The notes under the pieces: model-generated
The model's input: only the letters and a program-made list of their open reading frames with translations
What the model was told of the DNA's origin: nothing
Database searches by the model: none
Shown here: piece after piece, positions 40,100-50,306 of the stretch
Numbering within the stretch: position 1 is the first letter of the stretch
How the letters are laid out: each line of letters opens with the position of its first letter
Program-made: the position numbers and the translations under genes
NCBI GenBank assembly: GCA_947478395.1
Contig: CANJVR010000002.1
Span: forward strand, 512,001-576,000
Source: Opitutia bacterium
Lineage (GTDB): Bacteria > Verrucomicrobiota > Verrucomicrobiia > Opitutales > Opitutaceae
Direction: 5' to 3'
Length of the DNA stretch: 64,000 nt

Positions 40100-41287
40100 A
40101 TGGTCATCAAACCGAAAGTCCGTGGCTTCGTCTGCGTTACCGCTCACCCCGCCGGATGCGCCGCGCACGTCCAGGAGTGGATCGCTCACGTAAAGTCCCA
40201 GCCGCCTCTGAAGGGTGGCCCCAAGAAGGTCTTGGTGATCGGATCGTCCACGGGATACGGTTTGGCGTCGCGCGTGACTGCGGCTTTTGGCTCCGGTGCG
40301 GCCACACTCGGCGTATTTTTTGAGCGCCCCTCCGAAGAGGGCCGTCCCGCCACCCCAGGTTGGTACAACACCATCGCCGTTACGGCCGCCGCCCGGTCCG
40401 CCGGCCTCTACGCCAAGAATATCAACGGCGACGCCTTCTCCGACGAAATCAAACGTCAGACCTTGGATTTGATCCGAACCGATCTGGGCCAGATCGATCT
40501 CGTCATCTACTCTTTGGCTTCGCCGCGGCGCACCCACCCCAAGACGGGCGGCGTTCATAAATCGGTCCTTAAGCCCGTCGGCCAGTCTTACACCAACAAG
40601 ACCGTCGACACCGACAAAGGCCTCGTCAGCACCATCACGATCGAGCCCGCCAACGAACAGGAAATCGCCGACACGGTAACGGTGATGGGCGGCGAAGACT
40701 GGGAGATGTGGATGCAGGCGCTAGCGGACGCCAAGCTGCTTGCTCCGGGCGCCCAGTCGATTGCCTATTCCTACATCGGACCCCAGGTCACTTGGGCGAT
40801 CTACAAAAACGGGACCATCGGTCTGGCTAAGAACGACCTCGAGCGCGCGGCCAAAGCCATCGATTCGAGCCTCAAGGCTAATGGCGGGGGCCGAGCCTTC
40901 ATCTCCGTGAATAAGGCGCTGGTGACCCAAGCGAGTTCGGCGATTCCGGTCGTGCCGCTCTACATTTCGATTCTCTACAAACTCATGAAAGCAAAGGGCA
41001 CGCACGAAGGCTGCATCGAGCAGATTCAGCGGCTGTTCGCGACCCAAGTCTACAGTGGCAAGCCGATCCAGTTCGATGAAGCCGGTCGAGTTCGTCTCGA
41101 CGATTGGGAGATGCGCCCTGAAATCCAAAACGCCGTGACGGAGATCTGGCCGCAAGTAACGACCGAGAATCTGACATCCCTTACTGATATTGCCGGTTAT
41201 CGCAGCGAATTCATGAAGCTCTTCGGCTTCGGCCTTCCCGGCATCAATTACGAAGCCGAGGTCGAACCGCATCTTCTGATGCTCTGA
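40100..41287 (+). CDS. fabV: Enoyl-ACP reductase FabV / trans-2-enoyl-CoA reductase
   Basis: MVIKPKVRGF, GSSTGYGLASR, YSLASPRR, VMGGEDW, VTQASSAIP, HEGCIEQ. Confidence 0.95.
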   Translation: MVIKPKVRGFVCVTAHPAGCAAHVQEWIAHVKSQPPLKGGPKKVLVIGSSTGYGLASRVTAAFGSGAATLGVFFERPSEEGRPATPGWYNTIAVTAAARSAGLYAKNINGDAFSDEIKRQTLDLIRTDLGQIDLVIYSLASPRRTHPKTGGVHKSVLKPVGQSYTNKTVDTDKGLVSTITIEPANEQEIADTVTVMGGEDWEMWMQALADAKLLAPGAQSIAYSYIGPQVTWAIYKNGTIGLAKNDLERAAKAIDSSLKANGGGRAFISVNKALVTQASSAIPVVPLYISILYKLMKAKGTHEGCIEQIQRLFATQVYSGKPIQFDEAGRVRLDDWEMRPEIQNAVTEIWPQVTTENLTSLTDIAGYRSEFMKLFGFGLPGINYEAEVEPHLLML

Positions 41288-41625
41288 GGCGACGAAAATC
41301 GGTCATTCCGCGGCCGCCCAAAACCCAGCATTGGAAGCTCGGAACCGAAAGCCAGCAAGGCTCGGGGCCACGAGCACTGAGCAGGTGGTTTTAGGCCCTA
41401 AGGCGCGGAACCCGACGGCGGTGTCCAAGCGACAACCGACCCGGCGAAAAAACGTCCGCACCTCCGCGATCGTAAATACCAAAGCTGGAACCCCCGGATA
41501 GCGCTACGATCAAGGGAACACCCCAATTTGCCGCAGCTTCCTGCGGCATCTGCGCCCCTTCCGGGAGCCCTGTCTGTCATTGGTGATGGCCCAGTCCGGG
41601 TGAGTCAGGTTACGGCTGGGTTCAT

Positions 41626-41657
41626 AAAAAAGGACCGGCGCATCGAGCCGGTCCTGC
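41626..41657 (-). terminator. Intrinsic terminator of the metallopeptidase gene
   Basis: Stem aggaccggc / gccggtcct with an A-run on +. Confidence 0.75.
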
Positions 41658-41684
41658 TATCTCACCGCTACCTGACGCGGCGTT

Positions 41685-42410
41685 TTAGTCGCGCCGCGAG
41701 GACACTAAATACAGCAGATAAAGCAGAGAACTCACGAACGCTGCGACATAGGTCAGGGCCGCAGCGTCGAGCGTTTTTGTCACACCGGGCATTTCGTCGC
41801 GATCGACGATTCCCAGCTCCACCAATTGGACCTTGGCGCGACGGCTCGCGTCGAATTCCACGGGCAGCGTGACGAGCTGAAAAAAGGTGATGACCGCATA
41901 ACACACGATCGCCACATCGAGCAGCATTCCGGTCAAGCCACGCGCGAGAAAAAAGCCGGCGAGCATCACAATCGGCACGACCCGCGAAACGATGTTCGTC
42001 GCCGGAACGAGTGCCATGCGGAAGTGTAACATCGAGTAGCCTACTTTGTGCTGGATCGCGTGGCCGGCCTCGTGAGCCGCGACCCCGAGAGCCGCGAGAC
42101 TGGTTCCCGCGTAGTTTTCCTCGGAAAGCACGAGGCGTTTGTTGATCGGATCGTAATGGTCGGTGAGGTGTCCCTCGGTCGCGGTGATTTCGACGTCGGT
42201 GATGCCGGCGCGCGCCATCACGGCCTCGGCGGCCTCGCGGCCCGTTATGCCGCCGCGCGAAAGTATCTGGGCATTCTTGTTGTAAACGCTCGACACGCGA
42301 AACTGCGCGAAGAGCGAGATCGGGATCATCAAAATAACGAGCACGAACAAAATCCCGGGAGAGAGAAAGCCACCGTTCAAAAGAGAAGCAGCGAAGAAGC
42401 TGGAGATCAT
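41685..42410 (-). CDS. Putative neutral zinc metallopeptidase (YugP-like, membrane)
   Basis: LTDHYDP, VAAHEAGHAIQH, TLPVEFDAS, AAALTYVA. Confidence 0.92.
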   Translation of the reverse strand: MISSFFAASLLNGGFLSPGILFVLVILMIPISLFAQFRVSSVYNKNAQILSRGGITGREAAEAVMARAGITDVEITATEGHLTDHYDPINKRLVLSEENYAGTSLAALGVAAHEAGHAIQHKVGYSMLHFRMALVPATNIVSRVVPIVMLAGFFLARGLTGMLLDVAIVCYAVITFFQLVTLPVEFDASRRAKVQLVELGIVDRDEMPGVTKTLDAAALTYVAAFVSSLLYLLYLVSSRRD

Positions 42411-42651
42411 GGGAAGGAAGAAGTGGTTGGTTTGTTTTGTTTTTAAACGCCCGCCAAAAAGCTAACGTGCTTACACGCTAATCAAAACGGAAATTTTGCC
42501 AGATAAAATCTGGGGTTTGGAAACGACTCGGGGCATTCTACCGACCAACGACCGCAAGCAGGGAGAGCGTCCGGCCAGCAAATCGGATTACGCGAACGAG
42601 TCCGAGAGCGCGTTGGGGTCAACGCGCTCCACCGCTTGTCTGGTATCGGAC

Positions 42652-43800
42652 TCAACCCAGCTTCGGCACGTCGAGCCAGCGGCGCTCGGCCCAGGATTTC
42701 AAGCCGACCTCCGCGAGTTGCACGCCCTTCGCGCCCTGCAACAAATCCCAAGGGAAAGGATCACCCTTCACCACGTGACGCAGGAAGAGTTCCCACTGTA
42801 CCTTGAACGCATTGTCGTACGGCCCTTGGTCGGGCACGCGGGTCCAGCCGTCGAAATACTTGATCGGACTATCGACGTCGGGATTCCAAAGGCAGCGGGG
42901 CGTGGCCGAAAAATGTTGCGCCGTACAATCGCGCAGACCTGCCACGGCCGAGCCATGGGTACCGTCCACCTGCAACGTCAACAAATCATCGCGCCGCACA
43001 CGAACATCCCACGAAGAGTTAAAATGGCAGACGACTCCATTAACCAACTCGAACGTTGCATACGCCGAGTCGTCGGCGGTGCATTTGTACGGCTTGCCGG
43101 CCTCATCCCAGCGTTGCGGGATATGCGTCGCGCCGAGACAGGTGAGCGATTTCACTTCGCCGAACAAATTCTGGATCACGTACTGCCAGTGGCAGAGCAT
43201 GTCGACGATGATGCCGCCGTCGTCTTCCTTACGATAGTTCCACGAAGGACGCTGAAGCTTTTCCGTTTCGCCCGTAAAAACCCAGTAGCCAAACTCACCG
43301 CGCACGGAGAGAATCCGGCCGAAGAACTTGGTATCGATGAGATACTTCAACTTTAACAGACCGGGCAGCCAGAGCTTATCCTGCACGACACCGTTTTTCA
43401 GTCCGGCGGCGGTCACTTCCTGATAAAGCGCGAGCGCCTCGGCCGAGGTGGTGGCGCTGGGTTTCTCGCAATAAATATGTTTTTTGGCGGCGATCGCCTT
43501 GCGCACGCCGATTGGGCGCTGACCGGTAAGCGTGGCATCGAAATAGATCTGGTTGCTCGCGTCGGCCAGCGCGGCGTCGAGATTCGTTGAGTAGCGCTTC
43601 ACACCTGCGCGGGCGGCCAGTGCGGCAAGTTTCGATTCGCTGCGGCCGATCAGAATCGGATCCGGCATGATCACTTCGGCATCACCGAGCTTGATGCCGC
43701 CCTGGTCGATGATGGCTTTGATGGAACGCAGCAGATGCTGGTTGGTGCCCATGCGTCCCGTAACGCCGTTCATGATGATGCCGACTTTATGCGTGGTCAT
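42652..43800 (-). CDS. Gfo/Idh/MocA family oxidoreductase
   Basis: NGVTGRMG, YCEKP, VVQDKL, RPSWNYR..GGIIVDMLCH. Confidence 0.92.
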   Translation of the reverse strand: MTTHKVGIIMNGVTGRMGTNQHLLRSIKAIIDQGGIKLGDAEVIMPDPILIGRSESKLAALAARAGVKRYSTNLDAALADASNQIYFDATLTGQRPIGVRKAIAAKKHIYCEKPSATTSAEALALYQEVTAAGLKNGVVQDKLWLPGLLKLKYLIDTKFFGRILSVRGEFGYWVFTGETEKLQRPSWNYRKEDDGGIIVDMLCHWQYVIQNLFGEVKSLTCLGATHIPQRWDEAGKPYKCTADDSAYATFELVNGVVCHFNSSWDVRVRRDDLLTLQVDGTHGSAVAGLRDCTAQHFSATPRCLWNPDVDSPIKYFDGWTRVPDQGPYDNAFKVQWELFLRHVVKGDPFPWDLLQGAKGVQLAEVGLKSWAERRWLDVPKLG

Positions 43801-43997
43801 GTCGAAAGAGAAAGTCGTTGAAAGCCAGTTTCCGGCGTCGAATCCACGCAATTCCGCAGGAACCGAACTGACCGTTAGTGGGCTTTCTCCGGTCAAAGCG
43901 CTGCTACCGCGCGCGCTTTACATTCAGGAAACGCTGGCCCGCAAGGAGAGACTAGCACGACGTGGCAGCCCTGGCGCCCCGTGCCTGACTTTATAGG

Positions 43998-44447
43998 TTA
44001 AGGTGCCTTCGTGCACTGAGGCTGAGCACCTTCGGGCAACGGGGGAATCGGTCCGGTGCCGGCGGGCGGCAGCGTGCCATTCAACTCCTGACGCCAATGC
44101 GCCACATCGCCGCCGGGACAATAGACATAGATCATGTGCATCGGCTCGTCACCGGTGTTCGTGAGCTGGTGAAACAACGTCGGCGGCATGAAGACGGCCT
44201 GCCCCGCCTTGATCGGACTGCGCTCGGTGCCAACGCAGATTTCACCTTCCCCCTGCACGATGAAATACACCTCCTCCTGTTCCTGATTGTGCCAAGGCAC
44301 CTGGCCACCGCGCGGCTCGAGAATCGAATAGCCCATCGAAAATCCTTTGGCCGGAATAGGCTGGCCGAGTTGCCCAACCAATCCGCGGCCCCATCGACGC
44401 GCGGGAAAGGTACCACCGGGAATTTTGGCGAGGTCTGCTATGATCAT
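43998..44447 (-). CDS. Cupin domain protein
   Basis: PWHNQEQEEVYFIVQGEG and FHQLTNTG cupin motifs. Confidence 0.9.
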   Translation of the reverse strand: MIIADLAKIPGGTFPARRWGRGLVGQLGQPIPAKGFSMGYSILEPRGGQVPWHNQEQEEVYFIVQGEGEICVGTERSPIKAGQAVFMPPTLFHQLTNTGDEPMHMIYVYCPGGDVAHWRQELNGTLPPAGTGPIPPLPEGAQPQCTKAP

Positions 44448-44789
44448 AGAAGTATGGGTTGCAGGAGTTGGCGACGGGGGCGCGGCGCGGCGATAAAAAA
44501 ATCAGCGCGACCACGCTTTGGGTAATGACGACACCCTCCGTTGCCCAGAGGTCCGACCCTGCGACGCGGAATCAACGCAACCACATCCGGCATCAACCTA
44601 CTTCCGCGCAGAAGCACCCGGCTAGTCACGTGGGGAATCCTATTGGCCTTGCTCTTCAATCGTCGATCGAGCGTGGCCCCCAGCAGCAGGCCCGCCGGCC
44701 GGAGCAACGGCGAATTTCGCCCTTCAGATCGAGATCATACTTCGACCGGCCGTTGAAGAGAAATTGATTTTTCCCGTCAACGTCACCGG

Positions 44790-46901
44790 CTACCCGCCTG
44801 ATCGCGCCGCGAGATTCTTCCCGTCGATCGTGCGGTCGTTGAGCTCCGCCGTGAGCAGGCCGCTGCGCCTAAGCAGCGCGTTCAGGTCGGGGTCCCGTCC
44901 CATGAACGCCCGATACAGGTCAGCGGCCTCCATGGAATTGCCCCGGCTGAGAATTTTTTCAACGAACTCCGTCCCCACCGTCGCGTTGAAAATACCCTCG
45001 CGTTTGAAACGCGTGAACGCATCCGCATCGAGCACCTCCGCCCATTTGTAAGAATAGTATCCGGCCGCATAACCCACGGGGTCGGAAAACAAATGCGTGA
45101 AGCGCTTCAGAATCGTCGGCGCCGGTGGCACGGTTGGAGTAAGGCACTCCGCGATCGCGGCCCGCGCCTTGGGCTCGACATCGTCCCCGCCAACGAACTC
45201 CGCCGTGCGCATGTGGAGCAAAAGATCCATCTTGGAAAACGCCAGCTGCCGCATCGTCCCACACGCGGAACGGAAATTTTTCGCCGCGATCATCTTGACG
45301 AAAATCTCCTCCGGAATGGGCGCCCCGGTTTCGTGATGACGCGCGAAGAGATCGAGACTCTCCCGCTCCCACGTCCAATTCTCCATGATCTGCGAGGGCA
45401 GCTCGACGAAGTCCCACGCGACATTGACGCCATTGAGCGACTTGATCTCGACCTCGCCCAGGAGGTGATGAAGCAAATGGCCGAACTCGTGGAAAATCGT
45501 TTCAACCTCGCGATGAGTGAGCAACGCGGGCTTGCCCTCGACGGGCGGAGTCATGTTGCCGCAAATTAAACCGAGGTGCGGCGCACGGGTACCATCGGCG
45601 CGCGGCCCGCCCGTAATGAGATAATTCATCCATGCCCCACCCCGTTTCGATTCGCGCGGATGCCAGTCGGCATAGAACGAACCAAGTTGCCGGTCGGCGC
45701 GGTCGAAGAGATCATAGAATTTCACTTCGGGGTGCCAGACTTCGACTTCGGCGGAGGTCCGTTCCACGATGCGCAAACCGAAAACGCGCTGGGCCAGCTC
45801 GAACAATCCGGCGATGACGCGGTTCATCGGAAAATACGGGCGCAGCACCTCCTCGTCGAAATTGTAGCGCGAGCGACGCAGCTTCTCCGCCCAGAATCCG
45901 AGTTCCCAAGGCGCAAGGCGGGCGACGGCTCCGCCGGTTTGCACGGCTTTGAATTCTTCCAGCTCGCGGCATTCCCGGGCAAACGCAGCGTTCGCGCGGC
46001 CTTGCAGATCCTCGAGAAAACTCAGCGCGCGCTGACCTGTTTTTGCCATGCGGCGCTCCAAGACCAGATCCGCGAAATGCGCCTTGCCCAGCAACGCGGC
46101 TTTCTCGGCCCGCAGAGTAAGAATACGGCCAACGAGCGCCGTGTTGTCATGGGGCGCAGCCGCCCCGACCGCGGCCGACGCAGTCCACATTTCCCGCCGC
46201 AACGCGTCGTCTTCCAAATAAGTCATGAACGGCTCGAGCGAAGGCATGTGCAGCGTGAAACGCCAACCGGGCAGTCCTTTCGCCTCGGCTCCGCGCCGCG
46301 CCGCGGCTTTCGCGTGCGGGGGCAAACCGACGAGGCGCGGTTCTTCGTTCACCACGAGCTGCCACGCATTCGACGCATCCAGGACGTGCTCGGAATATTT
46401 TTGGGTGAGCTGCGCCAGTTCGCTCTGCAACGCCTCGAGTCGCGCCCGCTCCGCGGCGGGCAAATCGGCGCCGGCCTGGCGGAATTCGGCGACCGTCTCC
46501 TCGAGAAACCGGCGGTTGATTCCCGTCAGCGCCGCCACTTCGGGTGAGCCGGCGACGGCCTTCAAACGCAGCCACAGCGCAGGGTTTAACGGTATGCTCG
46601 CGTAAAATGCGCTGACCTTGGGCAGCATCGCATTGTGCGCGTCCCGCAACGCAGGCGAATCGGCGACCGACTGGAGATGAGTAACTTTGCTCCATGCCGC
46701 CGTCAGTTCCTCGGTCAACTTCTCCAGCGCGAGGAACGTGTTCGCAAATGTGAGCGAGCCCAAATCGCGGCTAGCAATTACGCCCAAGCCCTCCGCCGCG
46801 CGCTCCAGAGCAGTCTCGATGGCGGACGCGACATGAGGAGGCGTAAGCTGTGACCAGCGAATGACAAAATCGGAACTGAGAAACGGATTGGAGGAAGCCA
46901 T
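44790..46901 (-). CDS. prlC: M3 family metallopeptidase (oligopeptidase A-like)
   Basis: KRGGAWM, FHEFGHLLH, WDFVELPSQIMENW, GYAAGYYSYKWAE. Confidence 0.9.
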   Translation of the reverse strand: MASSNPFLSSDFVIRWSQLTPPHVASAIETALERAAEGLGVIASRDLGSLTFANTFLALEKLTEELTAAWSKVTHLQSVADSPALRDAHNAMLPKVSAFYASIPLNPALWLRLKAVAGSPEVAALTGINRRFLEETVAEFRQAGADLPAAERARLEALQSELAQLTQKYSEHVLDASNAWQLVVNEEPRLVGLPPHAKAAARRGAEAKGLPGWRFTLHMPSLEPFMTYLEDDALRREMWTASAAVGAAAPHDNTALVGRILTLRAEKAALLGKAHFADLVLERRMAKTGQRALSFLEDLQGRANAAFARECRELEEFKAVQTGGAVARLAPWELGFWAEKLRRSRYNFDEEVLRPYFPMNRVIAGLFELAQRVFGLRIVERTSAEVEVWHPEVKFYDLFDRADRQLGSFYADWHPRESKRGGAWMNYLITGGPRADGTRAPHLGLICGNMTPPVEGKPALLTHREVETIFHEFGHLLHHLLGEVEIKSLNGVNVAWDFVELPSQIMENWTWERESLDLFARHHETGAPIPEEIFVKMIAAKNFRSACGTMRQLAFSKMDLLLHMRTAEFVGGDDVEPKARAAIAECLTPTVPPAPTILKRFTHLFSDPVGYAAGYYSYKWAEVLDADAFTRFKREGIFNATVGTEFVEKILSRGNSMEAADLYRAFMGRDPDLNALLRRSGLLTAELNDRTIDGKNLAARSGG

Positions 46902-46974
46902 CGAGCCGTCCACTGAAACCTGCCGGCCGTGACATGCAAGCCGCGGGCGGAAACCACCCGCGTTGCTTTTTCCC

Positions 46975-48810
46975 TCACCAGGCAAAGCCGAAGCCGCACA
47001 CGATCTGCCGACGCGCCGCGGGCACCGATGGCACTTCCTGGTAGTTGCTGTTCCAGAGATTGTCGGCGCGAACCGAGATCGTGCTTCCGCGCCAAGCGCG
47101 CGGACGGAAAAATATGCCTGCGGCACTGATCAAAGTTTCATCGCCGCCGATGTTACGCAGAACGTTGTCAGCTTGTACGCGAGCGGCGTTGTCGAACCTC
47201 AATTCCCACTCGGACGCGAAGCGATAAACGACCGCCGCCGTCAAGCGATGGCGGGCATAGTTCATGGCGTAGAAGCTGCCATCGACCAGCGCCCCGCGAT
47301 AATCCGCGTCTTTGATCAACGCGGTGTAGCCGAGAATCAGATCCAGATTAGCCCAAGAACGACGGGCGACGATTTCTAACCCGGTTGCGTCAATATCAAC
47401 GGCATCGGCGCTGCGGGCGGTCACCCCGCGGCGAAAAGTCCAATCGACGAGGTGCGAGTCCTGCCGGAAAAAAAATGCCGCTTGCCCGCTCCAGCCTGCG
47501 AGCGAGGTACTAACACCCACTTCGGCGTTGCGACTTTTTTCACGACCCAAGCCAGGATTGCCTCGGAACAAACCCGCCCCGGGGTTCGAATTCAGAGCGG
47601 TGTAACTCGGAAGTTGTGACGTGCCTGCGTAGCTCACGTAGAAACGTGCCGGCTGAGCGCCCCGCCATTCGCGGGCTAATTCAAAGACGGGTGAGATCGT
47701 GCTGCCGCCGTGATTGGAATCGTCATACGTCGCACCGGCTTTGGCGGAAACGGCCCCGGCATCGGCGGTCGTCCACGATTTATCCGCGGCCAGCGCCAGT
47801 TTCGCGAGCGTGCGGGTGTGAAATTTTCCAAAAAGCAGTGAAGTCGATTTCAGTTCGTCCGCGGCGATCTCGCCGCGATATTCGAAACTGAGATCGCCGC
47901 ACCCCTGCCGACCGGCGGCGGCCGCACCGCTGACCCACGTCGTGTGCTGAAAGGGATGAATCGTGGCGAGAGGAGCGAAGCGGTTAAACGCATAGTCATC
48001 CTTATTGCGACGATGGTAGGCCCCTGCCTCGAAAAATTCGCCGTGCCCCAAATCGGATCGGTGGTTCACCGCCAGCAAAACGGTCTGCAGGTTTTCCGAT
48101 TCCGGAGCATTGAATGGGGTATAGAGATTGGGCCAGCCAAAGAACTTTGCTTGGTAGCCGGCAAAAATATCGGTCTGGGCGCCGGCCGATGCCATTTGCA
48201 CGCGCGCGTTGACCCGATCGAAACGATAGTCGCCCAGGGGAATCGTACCGTCGCTTTCCGCGTGAGCCCATGCGACATCTCCCGCGATTTTCAAGCTGCC
48301 CGATGCGACCGATTCCGCGACGCGGCCTTGGTAAAGTTCAGCGTTCCACAGGCCGTGATTACCCGCGCCCACCCCGCCGGATCGCAGATTGGTTACTGGC
48401 CGCCAGCCATAGGCGACAGCGCCGACCGTTGACCCCAGGGTTCGCAGCGCGTGACTGCTCCCAGTGATGATCGACGGTGCCGACAACATCGACGACGCGA
48501 TGGGGATTTCGGCGTAGTAGTGTCCCGTTTGCGGATCGGTGAGCGAAACCGCGCCGACCCCAAAACCCGTATTTTCGAAGATACCTCCACGAATCGTAAC
48601 ATCCGCCTGCCCTTCCGCCATATTCCGCGCGGCGAGATCCACCTGAGGTTCGAAACGCAGTCCGGAAACCGGCATCGCGAAGGATGCGACCGGATTTTGA
48701 TTCGCCACGCGCGTCGAAAATACCGTCACCGCGGACAGGTCCACCGGACGGATTTGGCCCGTTGCGACCGTCGCGGTAACGATGAGCAAAGCCGTGAGTT
48801 GAAACTTCAT
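46975..48810 (-). CDS. TonB-dependent receptor
   Basis: Signal peptide, QADVTIRGG..DPQTGH plug, and beta-barrel ending DNLWN..GFGFAW. Confidence 0.85.
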   Translation of the reverse strand: MKFQLTALLIVTATVATGQIRPVDLSAVTVFSTRVANQNPVASFAMPVSGLRFEPQVDLAARNMAEGQADVTIRGGIFENTGFGVGAVSLTDPQTGHYYAEIPIASSMLSAPSIITGSSHALRTLGSTVGAVAYGWRPVTNLRSGGVGAGNHGLWNAELYQGRVAESVASGSLKIAGDVAWAHAESDGTIPLGDYRFDRVNARVQMASAGAQTDIFAGYQAKFFGWPNLYTPFNAPESENLQTVLLAVNHRSDLGHGEFFEAGAYHRRNKDDYAFNRFAPLATIHPFQHTTWVSGAAAAGRQGCGDLSFEYRGEIAADELKSTSLLFGKFHTRTLAKLALAADKSWTTADAGAVSAKAGATYDDSNHGGSTISPVFELAREWRGAQPARFYVSYAGTSQLPSYTALNSNPGAGLFRGNPGLGREKSRNAEVGVSTSLAGWSGQAAFFFRQDSHLVDWTFRRGVTARSADAVDIDATGLEIVARRSWANLDLILGYTALIKDADYRGALVDGSFYAMNYARHRLTAAVVYRFASEWELRFDNAARVQADNVLRNIGGDETLISAAGIFFRPRAWRGSTISVRADNLWNSNYQEVPSVPAARRQIVCGFGFAW

Positions 48811-48947
48811 CAAAGCCAAGCGGACAGGAAGCCTTGGCGAAAAACAAGCCTTGGTTAACTCAAATCGAAATTCAAAACTAACCAACCCGCTAGAGCCGCC
48901 GGTGCCGAGATTTCACGCACCTAATCACCGCGGGGCGGGCCCTGGAA

Positions 48948-49184
48948 CTACTGATCGCCGTCGTTCCCAATCGCCTCCACGGGGCAACCCTCCAGCGCCT
49001 CCATGCAAAGCGCGATATCGTCTTCCGTGACGGGCTGCTTGTGAACAAAGGAATACCCGCCCTCATCATGCCGGGTGAAGAATCCTGGCGCGGTTTCGCG
49101 GCAGAGATCGCAGTCGATGCACTGCTGATCGACGAAAAACTTACCCGAAACGTTCGGCTCCCACTTGTCTGCTTTATTAGCCAT
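48948..49184 (-). CDS. Ferredoxin (single 4Fe-4S)
   Basis: CIDCDLC...CPVEAI. Confidence 0.93.
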   Translation of the reverse strand: MANKADKWEPNVSGKFFVDQQCIDCDLCRETAPGFFTRHDEGGYSFVHKQPVTEDDIALCMEALEGCPVEAIGNDGDQ

Positions 49185-49330
49185 GGTTACAGGTGACGCA
49201 AAGCCCAACGCGAGGGCCTGTCAAGAAGCGGCGCGCAGGTGTCCATGGTCTTGCCCATCGCGCCGAAATTGCATGCATATAAGAGTCCGCCTTGTATTTG
49301 CCCCGGCGCATCCTAACGTTAACGCACCCG

Positions 49331-50224
49331 ATGTTTTCCGACCGCTTCTACATGCGAAGTCCAGACCCGGAAGAAAAACTATCCGTTCTATTCTGCCTGC
49401 TCGCAGCGGTGATCGCCGCATTCGTCGTCGAACTCGTCTCGCTGACTTGGTTTAGAGATGGCGCAGCGTTGATCCAAAATCTGGAAGTTACCGTTCCGGC
49501 GTTGCAGCACGGCCGGCTTTGGACGCTTTTGACGTACGGTTTTGTCCACTGGAATACAGCCCAAAACCTACTTCACGTTGTCGTGGTGATTATGGGCCTG
49601 GTCATTTTTGGCCGCGAACTGCTGCCCTCCCTCGGTCCCGTGCGTTTCGTTGCGCTTTATGCCGGGGCCCTGATTTTGGGGGCACTCACTTGGGCCGTCG
49701 CGAATTGGTCGCATCCCGAGGCTCATTTGTTTGGCGCCATGGCCGGCGTCTACGCCCTGCTCACGGTCTTCGCGTGCCTCCACCCCGATCGCGACTTCAG
49801 CTTCACGGTTTTCTTTTTTCCCGTGACCACGAAGCCCCGACATCTCGCGGTCGGCTTGGTCGCCATGGAGTTTATGGCGTTTCTTTTCTACGAAGTATAC
49901 CGCGCAGCCGCCCCGTTTTCGTATGCGCCGTCCGCACATTTGGGCGGCGTCGCAGCCGGTTTGATTTACTGCCGCTTTTTTCACGCCAATCGATGGGCGT
50001 CGGGAAAGGTGGCGGAGGCCGTCGAACCTGTCCGTATGCCCGCGATAAAACCCACTGGCTTCCCCCTCCACGAAGCGACCCGGGCTAGCGCGCCCGCGCG
50101 TGATGAATTGCGCGCTGAGGTCGATCGCATTCTCGACAAGATTAACAGCTCGGGCCTCGGTGCGCTCACCGCCGCCGAAAAGCAGGTGCTCGACGAAGCC
50201 AAACACCAACTCAGCCGGCGCTGA
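49331..50224 (+). CDS. Rhomboid family intramembrane protease with C-terminal DUF6576-like tail
   Basis: WTLLTYGFVH, AHLGG, VDRILDKI..L. The usual GAS motif reads FGAMA. Confidence 0.85.
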   Translation: MFSDRFYMRSPDPEEKLSVLFCLLAAVIAAFVVELVSLTWFRDGAALIQNLEVTVPALQHGRLWTLLTYGFVHWNTAQNLLHVVVVIMGLVIFGRELLPSLGPVRFVALYAGALILGALTWAVANWSHPEAHLFGAMAGVYALLTVFACLHPDRDFSFTVFFFPVTTKPRHLAVGLVAMEFMAFLFYEVYRAAAPFSYAPSAHLGGVAAGLIYCRFFHANRWASGKVAEAVEPVRMPAIKPTGFPLHEATRASAPARDELRAEVDRILDKINSSGLGALTAAEKQVLDEAKHQLSRR

Positions 50225-50306
50225 TGCCCGTAATTATTTCGTTCCACGCACTCGCTTGCGAAACTCCGAAACAACCGCACCGATTAACCGTCAAACGATT
50301 TCAACC

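Noticed and set aside
41290..41625. SRP, 6S or tmRNA in the fabV-metallopeptidase gap
   Set aside because: No GGAA-loop SRP motif and no tRNA-like ends; only short hairpins and degenerate heptamers.
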